DNA from: Mycobacterium tuberculosis H37Rv
GTDB taxonomy: Bacteria; Actinomycetota; Actinomycetes; Mycobacteriales; Mycobacteriaceae
Assembly (NCBI RefSeq): GCF_000195955.2
Contig: NC_000962.3
Location: forward strand, 2,370,001-2,402,000
DNA: 32,000 nt
Direction of reading: 5' to 3'
Under the pieces are notes generated by a model. The model worked only from the letters and a program-made list of their open reading frames with translations. It had not been told where the DNA came from and made no database searches. The position numbers were made by a program, and so were the translations under genes. Shown in pieces: positions 18,616 through 27,329 of this stretch (positions are counted from its first letter, which is position 1; every line of letters starts with the position of its first letter).

Positions 18616-20085
18616 TTGAGCGCGGCCTCACAGCGTGTCGGCGCCTTCGGCGAAGAGGCCGGCTATCACAAAGGCCTCAAGCCCCGACAACTGCAGATGA
18701 TCGGGATCGGCGGCGCGATTGGGACCGGCCTGTTCCTCGGCGCCGGCGGCCGGCTTGCCAAGGCCGGACCTGGGTTGTTCTTGGTGTACGGCGTGTGCGG
18801 GGTTTTTGTCTTCCTGATCCTGCGGGCGCTGGGTGAGCTGGTGCTGCACCGTCCGTCGTCAGGCTCGTTTGTGTCGTATGCACGTGAATTTTTCGGCGAG
18901 AAGGCCGCTTACGCGGTGGGCTGGATGTACTTCCTGCACTGGGCGATGACGTCGATCGTGGACACCACCGCGATCGCCACCTACTTGCAGCGTTGGACGA
19001 TCTTCACGGTGGTCCCGCAATGGATTCTTGCCCTGATCGCCTTGACGGTGGTGTTGTCGATGAACCTGATTTCGGTCGAATGGTTCGGCGAGCTGGAGTT
19101 TTGGGCCGCGCTGATCAAGGTTCTCGCGCTGATGGCGTTCCTAGTGGTGGGAACCGTTTTTTTGGCCGGGCGATACCCCGTCGACGGCCACAGCACCGGA
19201 TTGAGCTTGTGGAACAACCATGGCGGGCTGTTCCCGACAAGCTGGCTGCCGCTGCTGATCGTTACCTCGGGAGTGGTGTTCGCGTACTCAGCAGTCGAAT
19301 TGGTAGGGACGGCGGCCGGGGAGACCGCCGAGCCGGAGAAGATCATGCCGCGGGCGATCAATTCGGTGGTCGCTCGCATCGCGATCTTTTATGTCGGGTC
19401 GGTGGCCCTGCTAGCGCTGTTGCTGCCGTATACCGCCTACAAGGCCGGCGAGAGCCCGTTCGTCACGTTCTTTTCCAAAATCGGTTTCCACGGTGCCGGT
19501 GACTTGATGAACATCGTTGTGCTTACCGCCGCGCTGTCGAGCCTGAACGCGGGGCTGTATTCGACCGGCCGCGTCATGCATTCGATCGCGATGAGCGGCA
19601 GCGCCCCAAGGTTCACCGCGCGAATGTCGAAAAGCGGTGTGCCCTACGGCGGGATCGTGTTGACCGCGGTCATCACCCTGTTCGGTGTCGCGCTGAACGC
19701 CTTCAAGCCCGGTGAAGCCTTCGAGATTGTGCTCAACATGTCCGCGCTGGGCATCATCGCGGGTTGGGCCACCATCGTGCTGTGTCAGCTTCGACTTCAC
19801 AAGCTGGCCAACGCCGGGATCATGCAGCGGCCGCGGTTCCGCATGCCCTTCTCCCCCTACAGCGGCTACCTCACCTTGCTCTTCTTGCTTGTCGTGCTGG
19901 TTACGATGGCGTCCGACAAACCGATCGGCACCTGGACGGTGGCGACACTGATTATTGTCATTCCGGCCCTGACCGCAGGCTGGTACCTGGTACGCAAGCG
20001 TGTCATGGCCGTCGCCCGCGAAAGGCTGGGTCATACCGGGCCATTTCCGGCGGTCGCCAACCCGCCCGTGAGGTCAAGAGACTGA
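18616..20085 (+). CDS. ansP1: L-asparagine permease AnsP1 (APC family, 489 aa)
   Basis: The 489-aa ORF has a TTG start. The APC signature is [24 protein letters not shown], and the protein has about 12 hydrophobic segments. Confidence 0.9.
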   Translation: MSAASQRVGAFGEEAGYHKGLKPRQLQMIGIGGAIGTGLFLGAGGRLAKAGPGLFLVYGVCGVFVFLILRALGELVLHRPSSGSFVSYAREFFGEKAAYAVGWMYFLHWAMTSIVDTTAIATYLQRWTIFTVVPQWILALIALTVVLSMNLISVEWFGELEFWAALIKVLALMAFLVVGTVFLAGRYPVDGHSTGLSLWNNHGGLFPTSWLPLLIVTSGVVFAYSAVELVGTAAGETAEPEKIMPRAINSVVARIAIFYVGSVALLALLLPYTAYKAGESPFVTFFSKIGFHGAGDLMNIVVLTAALSSLNAGLYSTGRVMHSIAMSGSAPRFTARMSKSGVPYGGIVLTAVITLFGVALNAFKPGEAFEIVLNMSALGIIAGWATIVLCQLRLHKLANAGIMQRPRFRMPFSPYSGYLTLLFLLVVLVTMASDKPIGTWTVATLIIVIPALTAGWYLVRKRVMAVARERLGHTGPFPAVANPPVRSRD

Positions 20086-20288
20086 TGCTTCGAAGAGGTG
20101 AATCGATCATCCGCAACCGTTACGCCAGTAAGCCACCACTGTACGGAATGGCAATGGTCTTCTTGGCCATGGCCGTCGTCGCCGTGACCGCGTACTTTCG
20201 CATGGGCTGGTGGTCGATCATCGGTTACGCCGCCGCTGCCATTATCGGAGTGATCGGGTTCGCACTCGCCTTCCGCGACCTGTCCTGA
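20085..20288 (+). CDS. Small two-helix membrane protein (Rv2128-like, 67 aa)
   Basis: The ATG at 20085 overlaps the ansP1 TGA (TGATG). The product is [67 protein letters not shown]. It is the C-terminal part of ORF-track entry 19764..20288. Confidence 0.72.
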   Translation: MLRRGESIIRNRYASKPPLYGMAMVFLAMAVVAVTAYFRMGWWSIIGYAAAAIIGVIGFALAFRDLS

Positions 20289-20307
20289 ATCGAGCGCGAC
20301 AGAACCT

Positions 20308-21189
20308 CTAGGAATTCTCGAGTGATTCGGTGTAGGCGCTGGCAAAGCGGCCGAGCGCGGCGACCTCGGCATCCATCTGGGGCATCAGCTTGGCAACGGT
20401 GTTGCGGATGGGACGTTGGCCTACCCGGGTGGACAACAACGGCTTGAGCCAACGGAACAGGGCCACCCAGCCCGGGCAGTACACGCGATCTTTTCGGCCC
20501 TCAATGCCGTTGACGAATGCGGCCGCACACTTGTTGACCGACGTGGTCTTGTTCAACGGCCAAGGGAGGCGCGCCAGCAATTCGGCGAACGCAGGCAGGT
20601 CGGCCTTGGTATCGCGAACCAACGCGGTGTCGATCCACGACATGTGCGCCGAGCCGACGCTGACGCCCAGGTGTGCGACCTCGAGTCGCAACGCGTTGGC
20701 GAAGTGCTCGTTACCCGCCTTCGACATGTTGTAGGGCGCCATCCCGGGCGGCGCCGCGAACGCGGCAAGCGACGAGACGATCAATACGTAACCGCGGCGG
20801 TCGATCAGCGCGGGCAACGTCGCCCGCACCGTGTGGAAGTTACCCAGCAAATTGACGTCCAACACCCGCCGGAACGCCTGCGGGTCGACCTTCAGCACGG
20901 AGCCGTAGCTGGCGATGCCGGCGTTGGCCACGACGACGTCGATGCCGCCGAATCGTTCGACGGCCGTCTCGGCTGCGGCCTGCATGGCGGGCAGGTCGCG
21001 CACGTCGGCTACCACGGTGAGTAGGCGGTCGTCGCCGCCGAGTTCGGCGCCCATCACCGCCAGCTCTGATTTGCTCAGGTCGGTCAGCACCAGTTTGGCG
21101 CCCTTGTTGTGCAGCCGACGGGCGACCTCAGCCCCGATTCCCCGGGCAGCACCGGTAATGAAGACGACCTTGCCTTGCAGCGATGTCAT
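20308..21189 (-). CDS. Short-chain dehydrogenase/reductase (Rv2129c-like, 293 aa)
   Basis: ORF 20308..21543 is started at the ATG at 21189 (MTSLQGKVVFITGAARGIGAEV...). It has the TGxxxGxG cofactor motif and the YNMSK catalytic YxxxK motif. The longer N-terminal extension would overlap mshC. Confidence 0.88.
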   Translation of the reverse strand: MTSLQGKVVFITGAARGIGAEVARRLHNKGAKLVLTDLSKSELAVMGAELGGDDRLLTVVADVRDLPAMQAAAETAVERFGGIDVVVANAGIASYGSVLKVDPQAFRRVLDVNLLGNFHTVRATLPALIDRRGYVLIVSSLAAFAAPPGMAPYNMSKAGNEHFANALRLEVAHLGVSVGSAHMSWIDTALVRDTKADLPAFAELLARLPWPLNKTTSVNKCAAAFVNGIEGRKDRVYCPGWVALFRWLKPLLSTRVGQRPIRNTVAKLMPQMDAEVAALGRFASAYTESLENS

Positions 21190-21214
21190 GGCCGAAAACG
21201 TACCGCCGCGCCGG

Positions 21215-22459
21215 CTACAGGTCCACCCCGAGCAGGGCATCGATCGCCGTCGCCACCAACTTCGGCGCCCCGGCATCGTGGCCGCCGTACTCCACCGCAT
21301 CGGTGACCCAACCATCCAGTGCGGCAATCGCTTTGGGCGTATCGAGATCGTCGGCCAGGTAGCGGCGCACCCGAGCGACAACGTCAACTGCGGCCGGACC
21401 GGCGGGAAGTGCGGTTGCGGTGCGCCAACGGTGCAGCCGGGCGGTCGCCTCGTCAAGCACCTGCTGGCTCCAGAACCGATCGGCTCGGTAGTGTCCGGCG
21501 AGCAAACCCAGCCGAACCGCCGATGGCTCAACGTCCTGCGCACGCAGCGCCGACACCAGCACGAGGTTGCCGCGGCTCTTTGACATCTTGTGCCCGTCCC
21601 AGCCGATCATCCCGGCATGCACGTAGTGCCGCGCGAATCGCCGTTCGCCGCTGACACATTCGGCGTGCGCAGCGGTGAACTCGTGGTGCGGAAAGATCAG
21701 ATCGCTACCACCGCCCTGGATGTCGAGGCCGCTTCCGATACGACTGAGCGCGATGGCTGCGCACTCGACATGCCAGCCTGGCCGGCCAGGCCCGAACGGG
21801 GACGGCCAGCTGGGCTCACCGGGCCGCGCGGCCCGCCACAACAACGCGTCGAGTTCGTCGCTCTTGCCGGGGCGCCGCGGATCGCCGCCACGTTCCTCGC
21901 ACAGCCGCAGCATGGTGTCACGGTCATACCCTGACTCGTAGCCGAACTGCAGGGTGGCGTCAGCGCGGAAGTAGATGTCCTGGTACTCTCCCATTTCCCG
22001 GTCTATGACATAGGCCGCCCCGCACGCCAGCATTTTTTCGATGAGCTCGACCATTTCAGCAATCGCTTCGGTGGCCCCCACGTAGTCTTGCGGTGGTAGC
22101 ACCCGCAGCGCCGCCATGTCCTCACAGAACAGGGCGACCTCGGCTTGGGCAAGGTCACGCCAGTCGACACCGTCGCGATCCGCGCGCTCAAATAGTGGAT
22201 CGTCGATGTCGGTGATGTTCTGGACATAGTGCAATTCATGACCGAGATCCAGCCACAGCCGATGGATCAGGTCGAACGTCACATAGGTGGCAGCATGGCC
22301 CAGATGCGTGGCGTCGTAGGGCGTGATCCCGCAGACGTACATGGTGGCCTTAGATCCGGGCGCCACCGGACGGACCTGCCGGTCGGCGCTGTCGTACAGC
22401 CGTAGCTGCGGGCCTCGTCCCGGCAACACCGGAACCGGTGGGCAATACCACGACTGCAT
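21215..22459 (-). CDS. mshC: L-cysteine:1D-myo-inositol 2-amino-2-deoxy-alpha-D-glucopyranoside ligase MshC (414 aa)
   Basis: This 414-aa class-I aaRS-like ORF has a HIGH-type motif (THLGHAATY) and a KMSKS motif (HKMSKSRGN). It begins [24 protein letters not shown]..., as in MshC/CysS2. Confidence 0.92.
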
Positions 22460-22516
22460 GTCCTCGACTCTAAACGGCCCGGTGACTCCAGCCTTTCTGA
22501 GCAGCCCGCGCGCCGA

Positions 22517-23320
22517 TCAGCGCCACGCGTCGGCGATGGCACCGAGCAGGATCGGCGCCACCTCGGCTCGACACATCAGCAGATCCGGCAGGTAGGGGTC
22601 CAGTTGGTTGTATCGCAGCGGCGAGCCATCGAGTCGTGACGCGTGCATGCCGGCGGCCAACATCACCCCAGCCGGCGCCGCGGAATCCCACTCCCATTGG
22701 CCTCCGGCGTGCAGGTAGGCGTCGACGTAGCCGTCAATGACGGCCATCGCTTTGGCGCCCGCCGAACCGATCGACACCGGTTGGATCGCCAGCGTCTGGC
22801 GGATGCGGTGCAGGACTGCCGGTGGCCGGGTGGCGCTGACGGCAATCCGCAAGGTGCCAGGAACGCCGGCCGGCGCGGCGCCGGAAGTCACCGTATCGGT
22901 GCGGTACACCACGTTGCCACGGGCCGGCAACGCCACCGCGGCGTCGGTGATCTCGGGCTGGCCATTGGAGGAACGCCGCCACAGCGCAATGTGTACCGCC
23001 CAGTCGTCGCGACCCGGTGTGGAGAACTCGCGGGTGCCATCCAACGGGTCAATAATCCACACCCGATCGGATTTCAGCCGGGCCAGATCGTCGTGGGCCT
23101 CCTCACTGAGCACTGCGTCACCCGGCCGTTCGGCCTGCAGCCGTCGCAACAGCAGCGAGTTAGCCTGGCGGTCACCGGCTTCCCCGAGCGTCCATGGCTG
23201 ATCGAAACCGATCTCCGCACGCACCTGGAGCAACAGCTTTCCCGCGTCCGCCGCCAGGTCGGCGGCCAGCTCGGCGTCAGTCAGGTCGTCCGTCAGATCA
23301 GGTGCGGCAGGGCTCACCAC
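22517..23320 (-). CDS. cysQ: 3'-phosphoadenosine 5'-phosphate phosphatase CysQ (IMPase family, 267 aa)
   Basis: ORF 22517..23356 is started at the GTG at 23320 ([13 protein letters not shown]...). It carries the IMPase motifs EEAHDD and [12 protein letters not shown]. Confidence 0.88.
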
Positions 23321-23366
23321 TTCAGTATCGCCGAGCTGAACGCAGGCATTTGACAATGGGGCTTCA

Positions 23367-23399
23367 CATCATGATGCTCTATAATTCGCATCTTGATGC
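23367..23399 (+). promoter_or_regulatory. Candidate promoter/operator: TATAAT -10 flanked by two CATC-N2-GATG inverted repeats
   Basis: The elements are CATCATGATG (23367-23376), TATAAT (23380-23385) and GCATCTTGATGC (23388-23399). The repeat centres are 22 bp apart, just upstream of the RHH gene. Confidence 0.55.
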
Positions 23400-23410
23400 A
23401 CAATAGTGGG

Positions 23411-23641
23411 ATGCGAACCACGGTCAGTCTCGCCGACGACGTTGCCGCTGCCGTGCAGCGCTTGCGGAAGGAACGCTCGATCGGGCTGAGCGAAGCCGTC
23501 AACGAGTTGATCCGTGCCGGGCTCACGAAACGACAGGTCGCAAATCGGTTCCAGCAGCAGACGTACGACATGGGCGAGGGAATCGACTACTCCAACATCG
23601 GCGACGCGATCGAAACACTGGACGGCCCGGCAAGCGGCTAA
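23411..23641 (+). CDS. Ribbon-helix-helix VapB-like antitoxin (Rv2132-like, 76 aa)
   Basis: MRTTVSLADDVAAAVQRLRKERSIGLSEAVNELIRAGL... shows the beta-strand/helix/helix pattern of the MRTT-type RHH antitoxins. Alternative starts are at 23393 (TTG) and 23396 (ATG). Confidence 0.75.
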   Translation: MRTTVSLADDVAAAVQRLRKERSIGLSEAVNELIRAGLTKRQVANRFQQQTYDMGEGIDYSNIGDAIETLDGPASG

Positions 23642-23850
23642 TGCTCATTGACGCAAACCTCCTGCTCTATGCCGTCGACGAGCGTGCCGCGCGGCACCGC
23701 GCCGCGGTTGGCTGGCTTTCGGAACAACTCAACGGCTCCCGTCGGGTCGGCTTGCCGTGGCAGAGCCTGGCCGCCTTCCTGCGGATCGGGACTCATCCAC
23801 GTGCGTTCCCGCGACCACTCACACCTGCCGCGGCATTCGACATCGTCGAC
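23641..23850 (+). pseudogene. Truncated PIN-domain (VapC-like) toxin remnant, N-terminal about 70 codons
   Basis: The ATG overlaps the antitoxin TAA (TAATG). MLIDANLLLYAVDERAARHRAAVGWLSEQLNGSRRVGLPWQSLAAFLRIGTHPRAFPRPLTPAAAFDIVD parallels the N-terminal half of the VapC subfamily of the ML.VDVNVLVYA...LGLP..VL.GF.R..T type. Beyond about 23850 the frame is antisense to the next gene, and no C-terminal D.HLAA-type acidic motif is seen in any frame. Confidence 0.6.
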
Positions 23851-24666
23851 CTAAAACGCCGGCCAGGGAATGGGACGATGCCCATTCGGCCCGGGCATCA
23901 CCGGTTGGTCCAGCAGCGATTGCGCGCGTCGGCGCAGCGCGCCGATTTCGGCTGCGGCGATTCGCCCGGCCAACGCCTCGGCAAGCGGGCCGCCAAGAGC
24001 ATCGGCGAGCCCGGCAACCGCCTGCAGAATTTGGTCGTCAATCGGCTTGCCGGCCCAACCCCACAGCACGGTGCGCAGCTTGTTCTCGACGTGCAGACAC
24101 AATCCATGGTCGACCCCGTAGACCTGGCCGTCGATGCCGCACAGGATGTGACCGCCCTTGCGGTCGGCGTTGTTGATAAGCACGTCGAACACCGCCATCC
24201 GGCGCAACCGGATGTCGTCCGCGTGCATCAAAACGACCTCGTCACCGGCGTAGTCGTAGGCCCGCAGCACCGGCAGATAGCCCGGCCGCGGCCGGTGGGC
24301 GGGAAACAGGTCGACCAGGTCGGGCCCGGGCAGAGGGTCGGAGTCGACCGCGTCGCCGGGTTGCTGCACCCAGAGCTGTAGCATGCCTATGCCCGCCGGA
24401 CCGTCTCGGATGATGGTGTGCGGCACCAGGTTCCAGCCCAACTGTGTCGACACCAGATAGGCGCTGAGTTCGCGGCCGGCCAGCGTTCCGTCGGGGAAAT
24501 CCCACAACGGCCGCTCGCCCGAGACCGGCTTGTAGACGCAATGCAGGCTGCGCAGACCCAGCGTGGACTCACACAAAAAGGTGGCGTTGCTCGCCGAGCG
24601 GATCCGCCCGAGGACTGTCAGCTCGCCGTCGGCCAACACCGCATGCTCGTCATCCCGCAGGGTCAT
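23851..24666 (-). CDS. PI3/PI4-kinase-like protein, SCO1664 family (Rv2133c-like)
   Basis: ORF 23851..24744 has a likely ATG start at 24666 (MTLRDDEHAVL...), which overlaps the upstream gene end by 17 nt. An alternative GTG is at 24639. The kinase-like catalytic loop is NNADRKGGHIL, followed by GVDHGLCL (DFG-equivalent). Confidence 0.8.
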   Translation of the reverse strand: MTLRDDEHAVLADGELTVLGRIRSASNATFLCESTLGLRSLHCVYKPVSGERPLWDFPDGTLAGRELSAYLVSTQLGWNLVPHTIIRDGPAGIGMLQLWVQQPGDAVDSDPLPGPDLVDLFPAHRPRPGYLPVLRAYDYAGDEVVLMHADDIRLRRMAVFDVLINNADRKGGHILCGIDGQVYGVDHGLCLHVENKLRTVLWGWAGKPIDDQILQAVAGLADALGGPLAEALAGRIAAAEIGALRRRAQSLLDQPVMPGPNGHRPIPWPAF

Positions 24667-25237
24667 CGCCAGACCCGAGCAGCACATCGCGCCGGTAACC
24701 GTTGGTGCGCGCACAGATGTGTCCCTCGGGATCCAGCGGTTCATCGCAGAGCGGGCACGGCGGGCGTCCCGCAGAGATGACGCGGTAGGACCGAGTAGCG
24801 AACTGTCGGGCGGACTCCGGCGTCAGAAATACCCGCACCGCGTCGGGCCCTTCCTCGGTGTCGTCGAGCACCACGGAAGCGTCGAACTCCGCGTCGGTGA
24901 CGGCCAGCAGTTCGACCACCACGCTCTGCGCCTCCGAATCCCAGCCCAGCCCCATCGTCCCGACCCGAAACTCGGCATCCACCGGCATGATCAGGGGGCT
25001 GAGGTCGTCGATCTCAGTGGGTTCCGGGGGCACCGGGGTGCCGAACCGGCGGTTAACCTCGAACAGCAGCGCTCCGATGCGCTCGGCGAGCACCGCAACC
25101 TGCTGCTTCTCCAGGACCACCGACACCACCCGGGAGTCGTGCACCGCCTGTAGGTAGAACGTGCGGTTTCCGGGCTGGCCAACAGTCCCGGCGACGAAAC
25201 GGTCGGGTGTGCGGAATACGTGAATTGCGCGGGCCAT
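24650..25237 (-). CDS. DUF3090-family protein with C-terminal zinc-ribbon-like motif (Rv2134c-like, 195 aa)
   Basis: The 195-aa ORF begins MARAIHVFRTPDRFVAGTVGQPGNRTFYLQA... Its C-terminus is PPCPLCDEPLDPEGHICARTNGY (CxxC ... HxC). Confidence 0.82.
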   Translation of the reverse strand: MARAIHVFRTPDRFVAGTVGQPGNRTFYLQAVHDSRVVSVVLEKQQVAVLAERIGALLFEVNRRFGTPVPPEPTEIDDLSPLIMPVDAEFRVGTMGLGWDSEAQSVVVELLAVTDAEFDASVVLDDTEEGPDAVRVFLTPESARQFATRSYRVISAGRPPCPLCDEPLDPEGHICARTNGYRRDVLLGSGDDPAG

Positions 25238-25300
25238 GGCACCTCCAAAATACCGCGCAGACGCCGTTGCCGCGTTCTTCGTCGACGGTCACCCCACACG

Positions 25301-26011
25301 CTAGTCGGTGGAACCGCCGATCACCGCGTCGCCGGGTGGCACCGCCGCGTTCGGCTCCGGTGACGCACCCTGGGCGGAAGCCGCGGCCTGCAAAGCCGGG
25401 GCCAGCCGGGCGCCGGTGTGGTTGACGTGCAGCACGAACGGGCGCAGCTGGGTGTAGCGGACGACACTCACCGAACCCGGGTCGGCGGTGATTCGCTGAA
25501 AGCTGTCCAGATGCATACCGAACGCGTCTGCGATCACCGCCTTGATGACATCGCCATGGGTGCAGGCCAGCCACAGCACGTCGTGGCCGTGCTGATCGGC
25601 CAGCCGCCGGTCGTGTTCGCGGACGGCTGCCACAGCGCGAGTCTGCACCTGCGCCAAACCCTCACCGCCGGGAAACACCGCCGCGCTGGGGTGGGCCTGG
25701 ACTACCCGCCACAACGGCTCGTCGACCAGGTCACCGATTTTTCTGCCAGTCCATTCGCCGTAGTCGACTTCGGAGAACCGGTCATCGATGAGCGGCTCCA
25801 GGCACAGCGCCTCGGCCAGCGGTTCGACGGTGCGTTGACACCGCAGCATTGGAGAAGACGCGACCGCCCGGATCGGCAGGTCACCAATTCGATCGATCAA
25901 CCCGGTGGCCTGCTCGCGCCCCTTCTCGTCGAGGTCGACGCCGGACCGGCCGGCCAGCACGCCCGCGGTGTTCGAGGTGGAACGGGCATGGCGTAGCAAG
26001 ATGACGGTCAT
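25301..26011 (-). CDS. Histidine-phosphatase (phosphoglycerate-mutase-like) family protein (Rv2135c-like, 236 aa)
   Basis: [14 protein letters not shown] is the RHG-type catalytic motif, with a second His in [11 protein letters not shown]. The ATG overlaps the uppP stop (ATGA, 26008-26011). Confidence 0.85.
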
Positions 26012-26838
26012 GTCGCGGCTACCGTCCCGGTAGCCAGCAGCACGAGCATGCCCGTCCCGACGAGCACCCGGTAGCCGACGAACCAGTACATGTTGTGTCG
26101 CACCAGAAACCGCAGCAGCCAGGCCACCGCGGTCAGACCGAGGACGAACGCGATCAGGGTGGCCACCAGCAACTGCGGGCCAGTAGCGCTCATGCCCTCG
26201 GTTACCGGGTGGAATGCGTCGGGCAACGAGAACAACCCGGAGGCGAACACCGCTGGAATGGCCAGCAGGAATCCGAATCGGGCGGCCAGTTCACGGTCGA
26301 GTCCGAGAAACAGTCCAGCGCTGATGGTCGACCCGGACCTGGATACCCCGGGGACCAGCGCCAGGGTTTGGGCAATACCAACCACCACGGCATCCCGCCA
26401 GGTCAACCGCTCAATGTGACGACTCTGGCGCCCCACGTATTCGGCGAGTGCGATCACCCCGGAAAACACCACCAGCGCGGTCACCACGACCCACAGGTTG
26501 CGGACGCCCGACCGGATGTCGTCTTTGAAGAACAGGCCCAGAATGCAGATCGGGATTGTGCCGATGATGACATACCAGCCCAGCCGATAATCGGTGTTTC
26601 GATGTGCCTTCACGACCAGGCCGTGCAACCAAGCGCTCAGGATGCGCACAATATCGCGCGCAAAGTAGATCACTACGGCGGCCTCGGTGCCCAACTGGCT
26701 CACGGCGGTGAACGAGGCACCGGCGTCGCCGCTGAAGAAGATCCGCGACACGATCGCCAGATGTCCCGAGGACGACACCGGCAGGAACTCGGTCAAACCC
26801 TGGGCCGCGGCCAACACGATGACTTGCCACCAAGACAT
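26008..26838 (-). CDS. uppP: Undecaprenyl-diphosphate phosphatase UppP/BacA (276 aa)
   Basis: ORF 26008..26856 is started at the ATG at 26838 ([27 protein letters not shown]...). The BacA signature is [10 protein letters not shown], and the protein is polytopic. Confidence 0.92.
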
Positions 26839-26901
26839 CGCCGGAGCCGCGGTCACGACGACGACGGTACCCGGTTACCGGCGGCCGGTAGACGGATGCG
26901 C

Positions 26902-27315
26902 CTAACGCGACACCGGCGCCGCGGATGCCACCGAGTCGCGCACGGCCGCAGCAAGGCTGCGTTCGTCGGTCAGGTCAATGTCGACCAGGCCACGGACCGC
27001 CATCGCGACCACATCCTCAGCCTGCGGCACCGGACCGGCCACGCGCGGTCGATAGATTTCGACGACGAGCGAGCGATGCTCGATGTGGAAGGAGAAACTG
27101 CGTCCATCGCCGACTTGCCCATACCCGCTGGCGAAAATTCCCGTCGATATATCTTCAACAGCAAACTCTTCGCGCTTGTCTGCGAGATGCCGGTCAGCGG
27201 TGACGGTCATGCCCAGAGAATACCTCTGGAGTACCATTTCCCGTGGGCGACATGACGAGATTGAAAGCAACTTGCCAGATTCGGATTCGTGAGAGGTTGA
27301 CTTCATGTTTCGCAT
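26902..27315 (-). CDS. Conserved hypothetical protein (Rv2137c-like; 137 aa as the maximal ORF, true start uncertain)
   Basis: The maximal ORF has internal ATGs at 27237 and 27210. The first about 26 codons have a low GC3 (about 54% by hand count). The start sits only 14 bp from the divergent lppL start. Confidence 0.6.
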   Translation of the reverse strand: MRNMKSTSHESESGKLLSISSCRPREMVLQRYSLGMTVTADRHLADKREEFAVEDISTGIFASGYGQVGDGRSFSFHIEHRSLVVEIYRPRVAGPVPQAEDVVAMAVRGLVDIDLTDERSLAAAVRDSVASAAPVSR

Positions 27316-27329
27316 CCGAAGGCTGACCG

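Noticed and set aside
21190-21543. A long N-terminal extension of the SDR gene (411-aa ORF 20308..21543)
   Set aside because: The extension overlaps the 3' end of mshC in another frame. The Rossmann motif TGAARGIG sits right after the ATG at 21189, as expected for a true SDR N-terminus.
23350-23385. TTGACA (23350-23355) plus TATAAT (23380-23385) as a canonical sigma-70 promoter pair
   Set aside because: The spacing is 24 bp, far from the 17 +/- 1 optimum. I keep only the -10 as a promoter candidate, since mycobacterial promoters depend mainly on the -10.
23851-24381. The rest of the 246-aa + strand ORF 23641..24381 as a full-length protein
   Set aside because: Only the first about 70 codons look PIN-like. 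The remainder is antisense to the well-supported kinase-like gene, lacks PIN C-terminal motifs, and is a typical high-GC shadow ORF.
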